A stretch of 64,000 bases of DNA from an uncultured Pelagimonas sp. (lineage in GTDB: Bacteria; Pseudomonadota; Alphaproteobacteria; Rhodobacterales; Rhodobacteraceae), in NCBI GenBank assembly GCA_947497905.1, contig CANMIH010000006.1:82467-146466 (forward strand), given 5' to 3'. Shown in pieces: positions 18,651 through 28,025 of this stretch; the first letter of the stretch is position 1, and each line of letters starts with the position of its first letter. The position numbers were made by a program, and so were the translations under genes. The notes under the pieces are model-generated. The model was not told where the DNA came from. It saw only the letters and a list, made by a program, of their open reading frames with translations, and ran no database searches.

Positions 18651-19317
18651 GCAGTTAGATGATCTTCAGATCGTCATTGAAGAGCTGCGCGATGCTTATC
18701 GCGTGGATCACATGGTTTATCATTGGGTGAGCAGCAACGGCGACCAATATGGCTGTGGCACTTATGATCTCGAATGGGTCAATCGCTATATCGAAAAAGG
18801 GTATCTGCGCGTCGATCCTGTAATTGTTGGCTGCTTCCAACGGTTCCATCCCGTTGACTGGAAACGCCTGGATTGGTCAAGCAAAGCGGCGCGGGTGTTT
18901 CTGCAAGACGCCATCGATCATGGGGTGGGCAACCAAGGCTATTCTATCCCAATCCGAGGTCCAAATGGTCAGTTCGCCCATTTCACGCTCAGCCACGGGT
19001 GTGATGATGCCAGCTGGGACACATTTACCGCCACCCACCGGCGCAACCTGATTCTTATCGCGCATTCGTTCAACCAAAAGGCGCTAGAGTTTCAACCGGG
19101 CCGCACCCCGGAGGCCAACCAGCCCCTCTCTCCGCGCGAGGTTGAGGCCATGACCTTGCTTGCCATCGGGTACAACCGGGCACAGGCGGCCAATACATTG
19201 GCAATTTCTGAACACACTCTACGGGTTTATGTGGAAAGCGCACGCCATAAACTTGGCGCGATGAACACCACACATGCCGTGGCGCGCGCGCTGAGTCGCG
19301 GGTTAATTGTTGTGTAA
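18589..19317 (+). CDS. luxR: LuxR family acyl-homoserine-lactone-responsive regulator
   Basis: Autoinducer-binding domain plus a C-terminal HTH (LSPREVEAMTLLAIGYNRAQAANTLAISEHTLRVY). GTG start, with alternatives at 18598 and 18616. Confidence 0.88.
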   Translation: MGSLDDNPRVDQLIERLEASEQLDDLQIVIEELRDAYRVDHMVYHWVSSNGDQYGCGTYDLEWVNRYIEKGYLRVDPVIVGCFQRFHPVDWKRLDWSSKAARVFLQDAIDHGVGNQGYSIPIRGPNGQFAHFTLSHGCDDASWDTFTATHRRNLILIAHSFNQKALEFQPGRTPEANQPLSPREVEAMTLLAIGYNRAQAANTLAISEHTLRVYVESARHKLGAMNTTHAVARALSRGLIVV

Positions 19318-19426
19318 TTTGTTCAACACCTAAGGTTGATCTACCCCAGCGAGCGTTGCTAGCGCTGGCAATTAACTAGAGTTGAGAAAACATTCCCTCA
19401 TTCACACTAGAACTGAGGGGATTCTC

Positions 19427-20065
19427 ATGATCCGTTTTATTTATGCCGCCGATCTTCACGCCTATCCACTGCTGGCAAACACTATGTTTCGCGATCGCGC
19501 AGAGCAATTCAAAACACGCCACAACTGGGATGTGACCGTGGATGAGGATGGGTATGAGCGAGATGAGTATGATCGCGACAACCCATTGTATATCATCTGG
19601 GAAAATGCGGATGGCACCCACGGCGGATCGCTGCGTCTGATGCCCACAATGGGGCCGACCATGGTCAATGATCATTTCCTGCATCTGACCGATGGCGTGC
19701 GGATCGAAAGCCCGCTGATCTGGGAATGCACCCGGTTCTGTCTGGCCAAAGGGTCGCGCCCTGGTGTGGCCGCAGCTTTGATGCTGGCCGGAGGAGAAAT
19801 CATGCAAGAGTTTGGCGTAGACCATTTTGTCGGGGTAATCTTTGCGCATATGGTCCGCGTGTTTCGGCGGATTGGGTCAGAGCCTGAGGTTCTGGGTACT
19901 GAGGGCGAAGGACGCGACGGGATTAGCGTTGCATTGTGGGAGTTTACACCCGAAATTCAGGCGCGCGTGGCCAAAACCGCTGGGGTAACACCAGAGCTGT
20001 CACGGCACTGGTTCGATCTGTCTTTTGGGGGCGCAACAACCTCCACAGATGTGCGCGCAGCCTAA
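19427..20065 (+). CDS. luxI: Acyl-homoserine-lactone synthase (LuxI family)
   Basis: 212 aa with MFRDRAEQFKTRHNWDV, SLRLMPT and WECTRF motifs. Confidence 0.9.
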   Translation: MIRFIYAADLHAYPLLANTMFRDRAEQFKTRHNWDVTVDEDGYERDEYDRDNPLYIIWENADGTHGGSLRLMPTMGPTMVNDHFLHLTDGVRIESPLIWECTRFCLAKGSRPGVAAALMLAGGEIMQEFGVDHFVGVIFAHMVRVFRRIGSEPEVLGTEGEGRDGISVALWEFTPEIQARVAKTAGVTPELSRHWFDLSFGGATTSTDVRAA

Positions 20066-20083
20066 TCCAAAACCGTGAGAAAA

Positions 20084-20114
20084 GTGCGCGAGGTTGGTCC
20101 TCGCGCGCTTTTTC
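20084..20114 (+). terminator. Rho-independent terminator after luxI
   Basis: GCGCGAGG-N5-CCTCGCGC followed by GCTTTTTC. Confidence 0.8.
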
Positions 20115-20162
20115 GGTGTTGTGGCGCTGGCGCCTGTCTTTCACCGGGGATAGGGTGCCCGC

Positions 20163-21701
20163 ATGAACGCACCAGCCCCTTTTGTTTTCTCAGATGATCA
20201 GGCCATGGCCCATGATCGCGTGGCGGACATGCTGCGCGAGGCGGGTGTTGATCTGGATGAAGGTTTCACCCAACCGGCAACCGACACCAAAGGACGGGTG
20301 ATGGCCGTGATGGGCAAGGCGGGCAGTGGGAAAACCATGCTGTTGTCCGAGCTGGTCAAAGCGCTGCAAGAGGCGGGCGTGGATATTGTCTCGGGGGATT
20401 ATGAGGGCAAACGCAAACGCGACACCCGAACCCTTGCGATCCTTGCTCCGACCAACAAAGCCGCCAGCGTGCTGCGCAACCGTGGCGTGCCAGCCACCAC
20501 AATTCACCGTATTCTCTATTCGCCCGTTTACGATCCGCAATACGAGCAGATCGCCGAATGGTTGATGGGCAATGATGAAAAGCCCACCATTGATGAGCTC
20601 GAGCCTGAGGCGCTGGATCGCGCCAAGGCGAGCTATGAACTGCATAAATCGATCCCGGCAGCTTTGGCAGCAGCAGGGCTGCGCGGCAGTGATTTTATCA
20701 CCGGATGGAAGCGGCGTGAGGAAGAGCTTGATATCGGGTTTGTTGACGAGGCCTCGATGCTGGATGATCGCCAGTTCGACGATCTGAAAGAGATTTTCCC
20801 AAATCTGGTTATGTTTGGTGATCCAGCCCAGCTTGCGCCGGTCAACCAGTCGGGCCAGATGGTGTTTGAAACGGTCCCCGAAGACCAAAAGCTCGAACTG
20901 CAACGCATCCACCGTCAGGACGCAGACAATCCTATTCTGGATCTGGCCCATGCTCTGGCGGATCCTCAGATCGGATTTGAAGATTTTGAGCGTCTGGTTG
21001 AAGAGGTCGCGCGCAAGGATGACCGTGTGGTTTGGGCCCAGCGGGTCGAAGTGGATCTGATGGCCCGCAGCCCGGTTCTGGTCTGGCGCAATGCCACGCG
21101 CATTCGCCTCATCAATGCATTTCGTTCGGTGCATGGGGCGCCGGAAACCGAATTGCTGCCCGGTGAACCGCTGATCTGTGACGGCATCGAACTGCCGATG
21201 AAACACCGTAAAAAGCGTCTTGATCTTGAGGCACGTGGCCTGATCAAAGGCGCGCAGGTGGTCTATCTCGGGCCGGGGCGCAAACCGGGGTTTTCACGCC
21301 TGCATGTGATGGGCGCGCCCGAGCCGCAGGTCTCGGCGGCGTCGATTGTGAAAATCGAAAAACCCGACGAAGAAGAACCCTTTATTCCCTATGCTGCGCG
21401 GATGGGGGCTGCCTTTTTGCATGGGGCGGCTGTGACCATCCACAAGGCGCAGGGCAGCCAATGGGACAATGTTCAGGTCTTTGCCCCAGATCTCTACGCC
21501 GCTGCGCGTATGGGGCGGTCAGAGGCTGGCCAGCCACTGTGGAAACGGCTGGCCTATGTGGCGATCACTCGCGCATCTGAACGTCTGTATTGGGTAGTCC
21601 GCAATCGTCTGGCACGGCCCACAGGGCCATTACAGATTGACGATCTGGGCGGTGCGCCTGCGCCGTTTGCGCTGACGTCAGAAGACCCTGATCAGTCGTA
21701 A
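20163..21701 (+). CDS. SF1B RecD/Dda-like ATP-dependent DNA helicase
   Basis: Walker A GKAGSGKT, Walker B FVDEASML, and a C-terminal UvrD_C-like TIHKAQGSQW. Confidence 0.8.
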   Translation: MNAPAPFVFSDDQAMAHDRVADMLREAGVDLDEGFTQPATDTKGRVMAVMGKAGSGKTMLLSELVKALQEAGVDIVSGDYEGKRKRDTRTLAILAPTNKAASVLRNRGVPATTIHRILYSPVYDPQYEQIAEWLMGNDEKPTIDELEPEALDRAKASYELHKSIPAALAAAGLRGSDFITGWKRREEELDIGFVDEASMLDDRQFDDLKEIFPNLVMFGDPAQLAPVNQSGQMVFETVPEDQKLELQRIHRQDADNPILDLAHALADPQIGFEDFERLVEEVARKDDRVVWAQRVEVDLMARSPVLVWRNATRIRLINAFRSVHGAPETELLPGEPLICDGIELPMKHRKKRLDLEARGLIKGAQVVYLGPGRKPGFSRLHVMGAPEPQVSAASIVKIEKPDEEEPFIPYAARMGAAFLHGAAVTIHKAQGSQWDNVQVFAPDLYAAARMGRSEAGQPLWKRLAYVAITRASERLYWVVRNRLARPTGPLQIDDLGGAPAPFALTSEDPDQS

Positions 21702-22054
21702 GTGATTTCGTTATCACCAAGATAGACGTTGGAGGCATCGCAGATGTCGATTGAGATCGGATCATCCAGCACTTCACTGTCGTCGTCGCCGAGCCAGCCA
21801 ACCTGAAGCACCTGTTCACATGGGCCGCTGTCACCGCTGAACTCGGTAGTGGCATTTTCACCTGGGTGAATTTCAACACCGTCCAGCCAATTGGACGACC
21901 AGTCGGACCCGTCATTGGTGTAGAAACCAACCACGATGTGGCCCTCTGTGTCGTTATACACCTGGAAATAGCCCTCAGATCCGGTGCCCTGAGCCAGGGC
22001 TGCGCCCGCTATCATGGTCATGGCACAGGCGGCGGAAACGATACGTGACATCAT
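21692..22054 (-). CDS. Acidic secreted hypothetical protein (120 aa)
   Basis: Signal peptide MIAGAALAQG. The 3' end overlaps the helicase stop by 10 nt (convergent genes). Confidence 0.55.
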   Translation of the reverse strand: MMSRIVSAACAMTMIAGAALAQGTGSEGYFQVYNDTEGHIVVGFYTNDGSDWSSNWLDGVEIHPGENATTEFSGDSGPCEQVLQVGWLGDDDSEVLDDPISIDICDASNVYLGDNEITYD

Positions 22055-22171
22055 GTGTGGTTCTCCTGAGAAGACAGTCTTGCGGGGCAGTTAAAGCTGT
22101 AAAAACAAAACGATGCAATGACCCCGGGGTCTGACGCGTGGCGCGCGTCAACAGCACGCCACATGTCCTGC

Positions 22172-23185
22172 TTAGACCTGCACGATCTGTTTGCCCATAT
22201 TGCCGCCTTTGAGCATCGCGATAAAGGCTTCGGGGGCTTTTTCGATGCCCTGAGCGACGTCTTCAAGATAGTCGATCTCGCCCGCCGCGACTTTGGGGCC
22301 GACCTCGGCGAGGAACTCAGGATAGCTGTCCCAGTGATCGAAAACGATCATACCGGTGACTTGAAGGCGTTTGACCAAAATGGAGCGCCACATCATCGGC
22401 AGACGGTCGTCGGCCACTTCCGCACCGCCATACCACGCAATGGTGCCGATCAGTGGGATGCGCCCGCCGGTGTTCATTAGTGGCAGAATGCCTTCAAGAA
22501 CCTTGCCCCCGACATTTTCGAAATAGATGTCCACACCATCAGGCGCGGCCTCAGCGATTGCTTTGCGCAGGCCAGAGGCGTCATCATAAGCGCGGTGGTT
22601 GATGGCGGCGTCAAATCCAAAGGTCTCGGTCGCCAGTTTGCATTTGGCCGCACCTCCTGCGATGGCGACGGTGCGCAACCCGGCAGATTTCGCAAGTTGC
22701 CCAACCATGGCGCCGACAGGACCCGTGGCCGCAGCGACCGCAAGCGTTTCACCGGGCTTCATGTAGCCATATTTCTTCAAGCCAACCCATGCGGTGAAAC
22801 CTGGCATACCCAGAACGCCCAAGGCCGTTGACGGGGGGAGGGTCTCGTCAAGCTTGCGGGCCTCTAAGCCCGCGAGAACCGCGTGACTGTTCCAGCCGGT
22901 CATGCCGGTCACAAGATCACCTTCGGCAAATCCATCGGCTTTTGAGATCAGGACACGTCCGACGCCCTGGCCGACCATCGGTTCCCCCAACCCAACAGAG
23001 GGGGCATAGCTTTTCACGTCTTCCATCCGACCCCGCATATAGGGATCGAGAGAAAACTGGCTGACCTCAATCAAAATCTCACCCTCACCAACCTCGGGCA
23101 AACCGCTGGTCTTAAGGGCAAAGTCTTCTGGCACCGGCGCACCTTTGGGGCGGCGGGCGAGGGTGATGCTGCGCATTTGGGTCAT
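22172..23185 (-). CDS. NADP-dependent alkenal/one oxidoreductase (MDR family, PTGR1/YncB/CurA-like)
   Basis: 337 aa with AAATGPVGAMVGQLAK Rossmann motif and a C-terminal GGNMGKQIVQV tail. Confidence 0.85.
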   Translation of the reverse strand: MTQMRSITLARRPKGAPVPEDFALKTSGLPEVGEGEILIEVSQFSLDPYMRGRMEDVKSYAPSVGLGEPMVGQGVGRVLISKADGFAEGDLVTGMTGWNSHAVLAGLEARKLDETLPPSTALGVLGMPGFTAWVGLKKYGYMKPGETLAVAAATGPVGAMVGQLAKSAGLRTVAIAGGAAKCKLATETFGFDAAINHRAYDDASGLRKAIAEAAPDGVDIYFENVGGKVLEGILPLMNTGGRIPLIGTIAWYGGAEVADDRLPMMWRSILVKRLQVTGMIVFDHWDSYPEFLAEVGPKVAAGEIDYLEDVAQGIEKAPEAFIAMLKGGNMGKQIVQV

Positions 23186-23291
23186 GAAATCTCCTTACGT
23201 CACAAATCGGGCAAACCTTGGAAACGGCTTGCGTTTTGGTCACGCGGTTTGCCACTGTGGTTGACATTAGCTGATGGCAAGGGAGGGCCAG

Positions 23292-24926
23292 ATGCAAGGT
23301 ATGATGATGCAAATGCCGCTGCGTATCATTGAGATACTGCAATTTGCGGCAGACGTGCACCCGACAGGGGAAATTGTTTCGGTGCGCACAGAGGGGGATC
23401 TGCACCGCGAAACCTATGTCGAGGCGTTTCAGCGGACGGCGCAATTGGCGCATGCGCTTAAGGCCTTGGGCATTGATGACGGGGATCGCGTTGCAACGCT
23501 TGCGTGGAATGGCTACCGCCATTTTGAGCTCTATTATGCCATCTCAGGCATGGGGGCCGTGTGCCATACCATCAACCCGCGCCTCTCTGCCGAGCAGATG
23601 CTGTACATCGTCAACCACGCCGAAGATCGGGCGATCTTTGTTGATCTGACCTTTGTACCGATCCTTGAGGCGCTGGCCGCTCAACTGCCATCTGGGATGC
23701 GCATCGTGGTGATGACCGATCGGGCGCACATGCCTGACAGTGCATTGGACCTTTTGTGTTACGAAGACCTTCTGGACGGCCACTCCACCACCTTTGACTG
23801 GCCTTTGGTTGATGAAAACGCCGCCGCAGGTCTGTGTTACACCTCGGGCACCACCGGCAATCCCAAAGGCGCGCTCTATTCCCATCGCTCAACCGTGTTG
23901 CATGCCTTTATGATCGCGGTTTCCGTGCCGCGCAGCCTGCATGAGGGCGCGCGTATTCTGCCGGTTGTCCCGATGTTCCACGTCAATTCCTGGGGGCTCC
24001 CCTACGGCGCACCTTTGGTCGGGGCCTCGATGATTATGCCGGGGCCGGCTCTGGATGGCCCGTCGCTGTTTGATCTGATGGAAAATGAGGGCGTGACCGC
24101 AAGCTGGGGAGTCCCGACGGTCTGGCTTGGGCTCAAAGCCGAGATGGAGCAGCGCAATGCAATGCCCTCAAAGCTGGATCAGCTGGTGATCGGCGGGTCC
24201 GCCGCGTCGCGCGCGATGATCGCATGGTTCGAGGACAAGGGCGTGGATGTCTGTCACGCCTGGGGCATGACCGAGATGAGCCCTATTGGCACACAGGCGC
24301 AGCTGCCCAAAGCTCAAGATGGGCTGTCACAAGACGAAAAGCTTGATCTCAAATCGAAACAGGGCCGCAGGGTCTATGGGGTTGAGATGAAGATCCTCGA
24401 TGAAGAGGGCAAACGCCTGCCGCATGACGGTGAGGCGGCGGGTGAGCTCTTTGTGCGCGGCAACGCCATCATTCAAGGGTATTTCAACAACGAAGAGGCC
24501 ACCAATGCCGCCTTTGACGCCGAGGGCTGGTTTGGCACTGGCGATGTGGCGAGCATTGATGAGACGGGTTTCCTATGCATTCAGGATCGATCTAAAGATC
24601 TGATCAAATCCGGGGGCGAATGGATCAGCTCGATTGATCTGGAAAACATGGCCATGGCGCATCCCGGTGTGGCCAATTGTGCGGTGATCGCCATCGCCCA
24701 CCCCAAATGGGAAGAGCGTCCGCTTTTGGTTGTGGTGCCGCAGGACGCAGCCAATCCGCCACCTCTGGACGAGATCCACGGCTTGATGCTGGAGCATGTC
24801 GCCAAATGGCAGTTGCCCGATGCGATGGAACTGATCGAGGCCTTGCCCATGACGGCCACGGGGAAGGTGTCCAAACTGACCCTGCGCAAAACATTCAAGG
24901 ATTACGTTTTACCCGATGCCCATTGA
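23292..24926 (+). CDS. Fatty-acid--CoA ligase (AMP-binding family)
   Basis: YTSGTTGNPKG AMP motif. AGGGAGGG Shine-Dalgarno before the ATG at 23292. Confidence 0.9.
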   Translation: MQGMMMQMPLRIIEILQFAADVHPTGEIVSVRTEGDLHRETYVEAFQRTAQLAHALKALGIDDGDRVATLAWNGYRHFELYYAISGMGAVCHTINPRLSAEQMLYIVNHAEDRAIFVDLTFVPILEALAAQLPSGMRIVVMTDRAHMPDSALDLLCYEDLLDGHSTTFDWPLVDENAAAGLCYTSGTTGNPKGALYSHRSTVLHAFMIAVSVPRSLHEGARILPVVPMFHVNSWGLPYGAPLVGASMIMPGPALDGPSLFDLMENEGVTASWGVPTVWLGLKAEMEQRNAMPSKLDQLVIGGSAASRAMIAWFEDKGVDVCHAWGMTEMSPIGTQAQLPKAQDGLSQDEKLDLKSKQGRRVYGVEMKILDEEGKRLPHDGEAAGELFVRGNAIIQGYFNNEEATNAAFDAEGWFGTGDVASIDETGFLCIQDRSKDLIKSGGEWISSIDLENMAMAHPGVANCAVIAIAHPKWEERPLLVVVPQDAANPPPLDEIHGLMLEHVAKWQLPDAMELIEALPMTATGKVSKLTLRKTFKDYVLPDAH

Positions 24927-25356
24927 AACACTTCAAGGCTTGGGCGTGTGCCATTCAGAGTGGTTCACTCTGGATGCTGCACGGGTCAAAGCCTTTGCCG
25001 ACACCACCGAAGATTGGCAGTTCATCCATCTCGATAAAGAAAAGGCTGCCCAGACGCCGTTGGGTGAGACCATTGCACATGGGTTTCTGACGCTGTCGAT
25101 GTTGTCGGCTATGTCCTATCAGGCGATCCCGGATTTGCCCGGGGTGCAGATGGGGCTGAACTATGGGTTTGACCGCATCCGCTTTACCGCGCCGGTGCCT
25201 GTGGGCGCGCGGGTGCGCGGGCGGTTTACGGTCGGCGAGATCAAAGAAATCAAAGGCTGGTTCACCGTGACCTGGGATGTCGCGGTCGAAATCGAAGGTC
25301 AGGATCGCCCCGCTTTGGTGGCGCAGTGGCTGTGCCGATATCAGAGGGAAGAGTGA
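24916..25356 (+). CDS. MaoC-like (R)-specific enoyl-CoA hydratase/dehydratase
   Basis: 146 aa hotdog-fold protein. It overlaps the ligase stop by 11 nt. Confidence 0.8.
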   Translation: MPIETLQGLGVCHSEWFTLDAARVKAFADTTEDWQFIHLDKEKAAQTPLGETIAHGFLTLSMLSAMSYQAIPDLPGVQMGLNYGFDRIRFTAPVPVGARVRGRFTVGEIKEIKGWFTVTWDVAVEIEGQDRPALVAQWLCRYQREE

Positions 25357-25357
25357 C

Positions 25358-26587
25358 ATGGATCTTGGGATGACGGATCGGGTGCGCCCGCTGATTGAGC
25401 AGGTGCGCAGGATGATCCAAGATGAGATTGCGCCGCTGGATGCCGAGTTCCACGCCGAAGTGGGCAAACACCCCGAGGGCCGGTTTCATCATACTGCGCG
25501 CCAACTTGAGATTTTGGACGGGTTGAAGGCCAAGGCGCGTGAGCGGGGCCTGTGGAATTTCTGGCTGACCGATAGCGATCGTGGCTTTGGTCTGAGCACG
25601 GTAGAATATGCCTATCTCGCGGAAGAGATGGGCAAGGTTGGCATTGCCGCTGAGGTGTTCAATTGCAACGCGCCCGACACCGGCAATATGGAGGTGCTTG
25701 AGCGCTACGGCGAAGACTGGATGAAGCGCCGTTGGCTAGATCCGCTTCTGGCCGGTGAGATCCGCTCGGCCTATGTGATGACCGAACCAGATGTGGCCTC
25801 GTCAGATGCGGCGCAGCTGGCGTTTGAGGCGCGACGCGATGGTGCTGACTATGTCCTGAATGGTGAGAAATGGTGGATCAGCGGGGCCGGAGACCCGCGC
25901 TGTGGGCTATATATTCTGATGGCCTGCACCGATCCTGATGCCGCCAAACACAGCCGCCACACGATGTTTGTGCTGGATCCAGATACGCCGGGGATTGAGG
26001 TGCTGCGCCCAATGCATGTCTTTGGTCAGGATGATGCGCCGCATGGCCATATGCACATTCGCTTCACCGATGTGCGCGTGCCGGCCGATCATGTGGTCCT
26101 AGGCCATGGGCGCGGGTTCGAGGTAGCGCAGGGGCGGTTGGGGCCAGGGCGCATCCATCACTGCATGCGCGCCATTGGTCAGGCCGAAAAAGCGCTTGAG
26201 ATCATGTGCAAACGTGGGTTGGCGCGCGAGGCCTTTGGCAAGCGCATAGCGGATCTGGGCGCAAACTATGACATCATCGCCAATGCGCGCATGGATATCG
26301 AAATGACACGGTTGTTGTGTCTCAAGGCCGCCTGGATGATGGACACCGCGGGGGTTCGCGCCGCACAACCTTGGATTTCCAAGATCAAGGTTGTGGCGCC
26401 ATTGATGGCAGGCAAAGTCATTGACGAGGCCATGCAGCTTTGTGGGGCCGAGGGCATCAGTCAGGACATGGATCTTGCGGGCATGTGGACCCATGTGCGT
26501 ACCCTGCGGTTTGCGGATGGGCCGGATGCGGTGCATCGCCGTCAGGTGGCCCGCGCCGAGCTGCGCAAACATAGCAACAGCGACTGA
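25358..26587 (+). CDS. Acyl-CoA dehydrogenase of the ACAD10/ACAD11 (FadE2-like) type
   Basis: GRLGPGRIHHCMR and LRFADGPDAVH, which I recognise from memory as ACAD10/11 C-terminal-domain-like. The start lies 2 nt after the MaoC stop. Confidence 0.85.
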   Translation: MDLGMTDRVRPLIEQVRRMIQDEIAPLDAEFHAEVGKHPEGRFHHTARQLEILDGLKAKARERGLWNFWLTDSDRGFGLSTVEYAYLAEEMGKVGIAAEVFNCNAPDTGNMEVLERYGEDWMKRRWLDPLLAGEIRSAYVMTEPDVASSDAAQLAFEARRDGADYVLNGEKWWISGAGDPRCGLYILMACTDPDAAKHSRHTMFVLDPDTPGIEVLRPMHVFGQDDAPHGHMHIRFTDVRVPADHVVLGHGRGFEVAQGRLGPGRIHHCMRAIGQAEKALEIMCKRGLAREAFGKRIADLGANYDIIANARMDIEMTRLLCLKAAWMMDTAGVRAAQPWISKIKVVAPLMAGKVIDEAMQLCGAEGISQDMDLAGMWTHVRTLRFADGPDAVHRRQVARAELRKHSNSD

Positions 26588-26608
26588 CAGGTCGGAGGAC
26601 GAGACAGC

Positions 26609-27631
26609 ATGGACACTCGGGATCTACAGTCTGTCTCGACCTGGATGGCGGCGCATGTGGCGGGGTTCGAGGGGCCGGTAGAAGCGCAGGCCTTCACCAC
26701 CGGGCAATCCAATCCCACCTATCTGCTGCGAGCGGTCTCAGGGGACTATGTGCTGCGCCGCAAACCCCATGGGGAGCTGTTGAAATCGGCGCATGCTGTG
26801 GATCGCGAGTTTCGCGTGCAGCGCGCTTTGGCGGGTACAGAGGTTCCGGTGCCTGACGTCTTGGCGCTGTGCGACGATGACGGTGTTCTGGGGTCGATGT
26901 TCTATGTCATGAAACATGTCCCCGGGCGCAGCTTTGTTGATCCAACCATGCCCGAGGAAACCGCGGAGACCCGTGCTGCTATCATGCGATCGATGGGGCA
27001 GACGCTCGCCGCGATTCACGATGTGGATGCGCAGGCGGTGGGGCTTGCGGACTACGGCCCACCCGGCAACTACTATGCGCGGCAGTTGGCGCGCTGGAGC
27101 AAGCAGTACCACGCCAGCGCCACTGAAGATCAGCCTGCGATGTTGGCTCTGATGCAGTGGCTCGAGGGGGCAATGCCGCAGGACGATGGGCAGCGCGGTT
27201 TGGTGCATGGCGATTTTCGCATCGACAACCTGCTGTTTGATCCCAAAGGCGCGGGCTGTGTGGCGGTACTGGATTGGGAGCTGTCAACACTGGGCCACCC
27301 CTATGCCGATCTGGCGGGGGTGATCATGCAATGGCAGTTGCCGCCGGGGACAGAGGGGCGCGGGCTGGCGGGCGTTGATCGCGCCGCGCTGGGCTTGCCA
27401 ACGGATGCAGAGTTTGTCGCCGACTATTGTGCTCGTCGCGGCATCGCCGAGATCCCTGATTTTGGCTTCTATCTGGCTTTTTCCTTTTTCCGCATGGCGG
27501 CCATCCTGCAGGGGGTGAAAAAACGTGCTCTTGACGGCAATGCGGCAAACCCGGACAAGGCGATGCGACTTGGGGCCTATGTGCCGCAATTTGCGGAACT
27601 GGGGTTAGAGGCGCGCAACTGGCATGGATGA
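26609..27631 (+). CDS. APH-family phosphotransferase (ACAD10/11 N-terminal kinase-domain-like, LvaA-like)
   Basis: GQSNPTYLL, the catalytic HGDFRIDNLLF loop and DWELSTLG. Confidence 0.85.
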   Translation: MDTRDLQSVSTWMAAHVAGFEGPVEAQAFTTGQSNPTYLLRAVSGDYVLRRKPHGELLKSAHAVDREFRVQRALAGTEVPVPDVLALCDDDGVLGSMFYVMKHVPGRSFVDPTMPEETAETRAAIMRSMGQTLAAIHDVDAQAVGLADYGPPGNYYARQLARWSKQYHASATEDQPAMLALMQWLEGAMPQDDGQRGLVHGDFRIDNLLFDPKGAGCVAVLDWELSTLGHPYADLAGVIMQWQLPPGTEGRGLAGVDRAALGLPTDAEFVADYCARRGIAEIPDFGFYLAFSFFRMAAILQGVKKRALDGNAANPDKAMRLGAYVPQFAELGLEARNWHG

Positions 27632-28025
27632 GAGATTTCACGAAGACCCATATGCCTATCAAAAGCTGTTGGGGATCGAGATGCGGGACTGGCGCACGGA
27701 TTACGCTCTGTTTGCGCTGCCCATTGAAGAGCACATCATGAACCGCCATGGCAATCCGCATGGTGGGGCGCATGCCAGCCTTCTGGACACGGTGATGGGC
27801 TATGCGGGCTGCTGGACGGGTGATCCGGACAAGCGGCAGATGTGCCTGACGCTTTCGCTCAATATCCAGTATATCTCACGCCCTCTGGGCAAGGTGTTTT
27901 TGGCCGAAGGCTTCAAAACCGGCGGCGGGCGCAGCACGTTTTTTGCCGAAGGTGTGGTGAAGGACGAAACGGGGGAATTGGTTGCCAAGGGCAGCGGTGT
28001 ATTCCGCTACCGCAAGCTGGCTTAG
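27624..28025 (+). CDS. PaaI-family hotdog thioesterase
   Basis: HGGAHASLLDTVMG motif. It overlaps the kinase stop by 8 nt. Confidence 0.8.
   Translation: MDERFHEDPYAYQKLLGIEMRDWRTDYALFALPIEEHIMNRHGNPHGGAHASLLDTVMGYAGCWTGDPDKRQMCLTLSLNIQYISRPLGKVFLAEGFKTGGGRSTFFAEGVVKDETGELVAKGSGVFRYRKLA

Noticed and set aside
22096-22135. A possible terminator follows the alkenal reductase gene (GACCCCGGGGTC, then a distant T-tract on the minus strand).
   Set aside because: The palindrome leaves almost no loop, and the T-tract lies 9 nt away from it. This is not a canonical intrinsic terminator, so it was not called.
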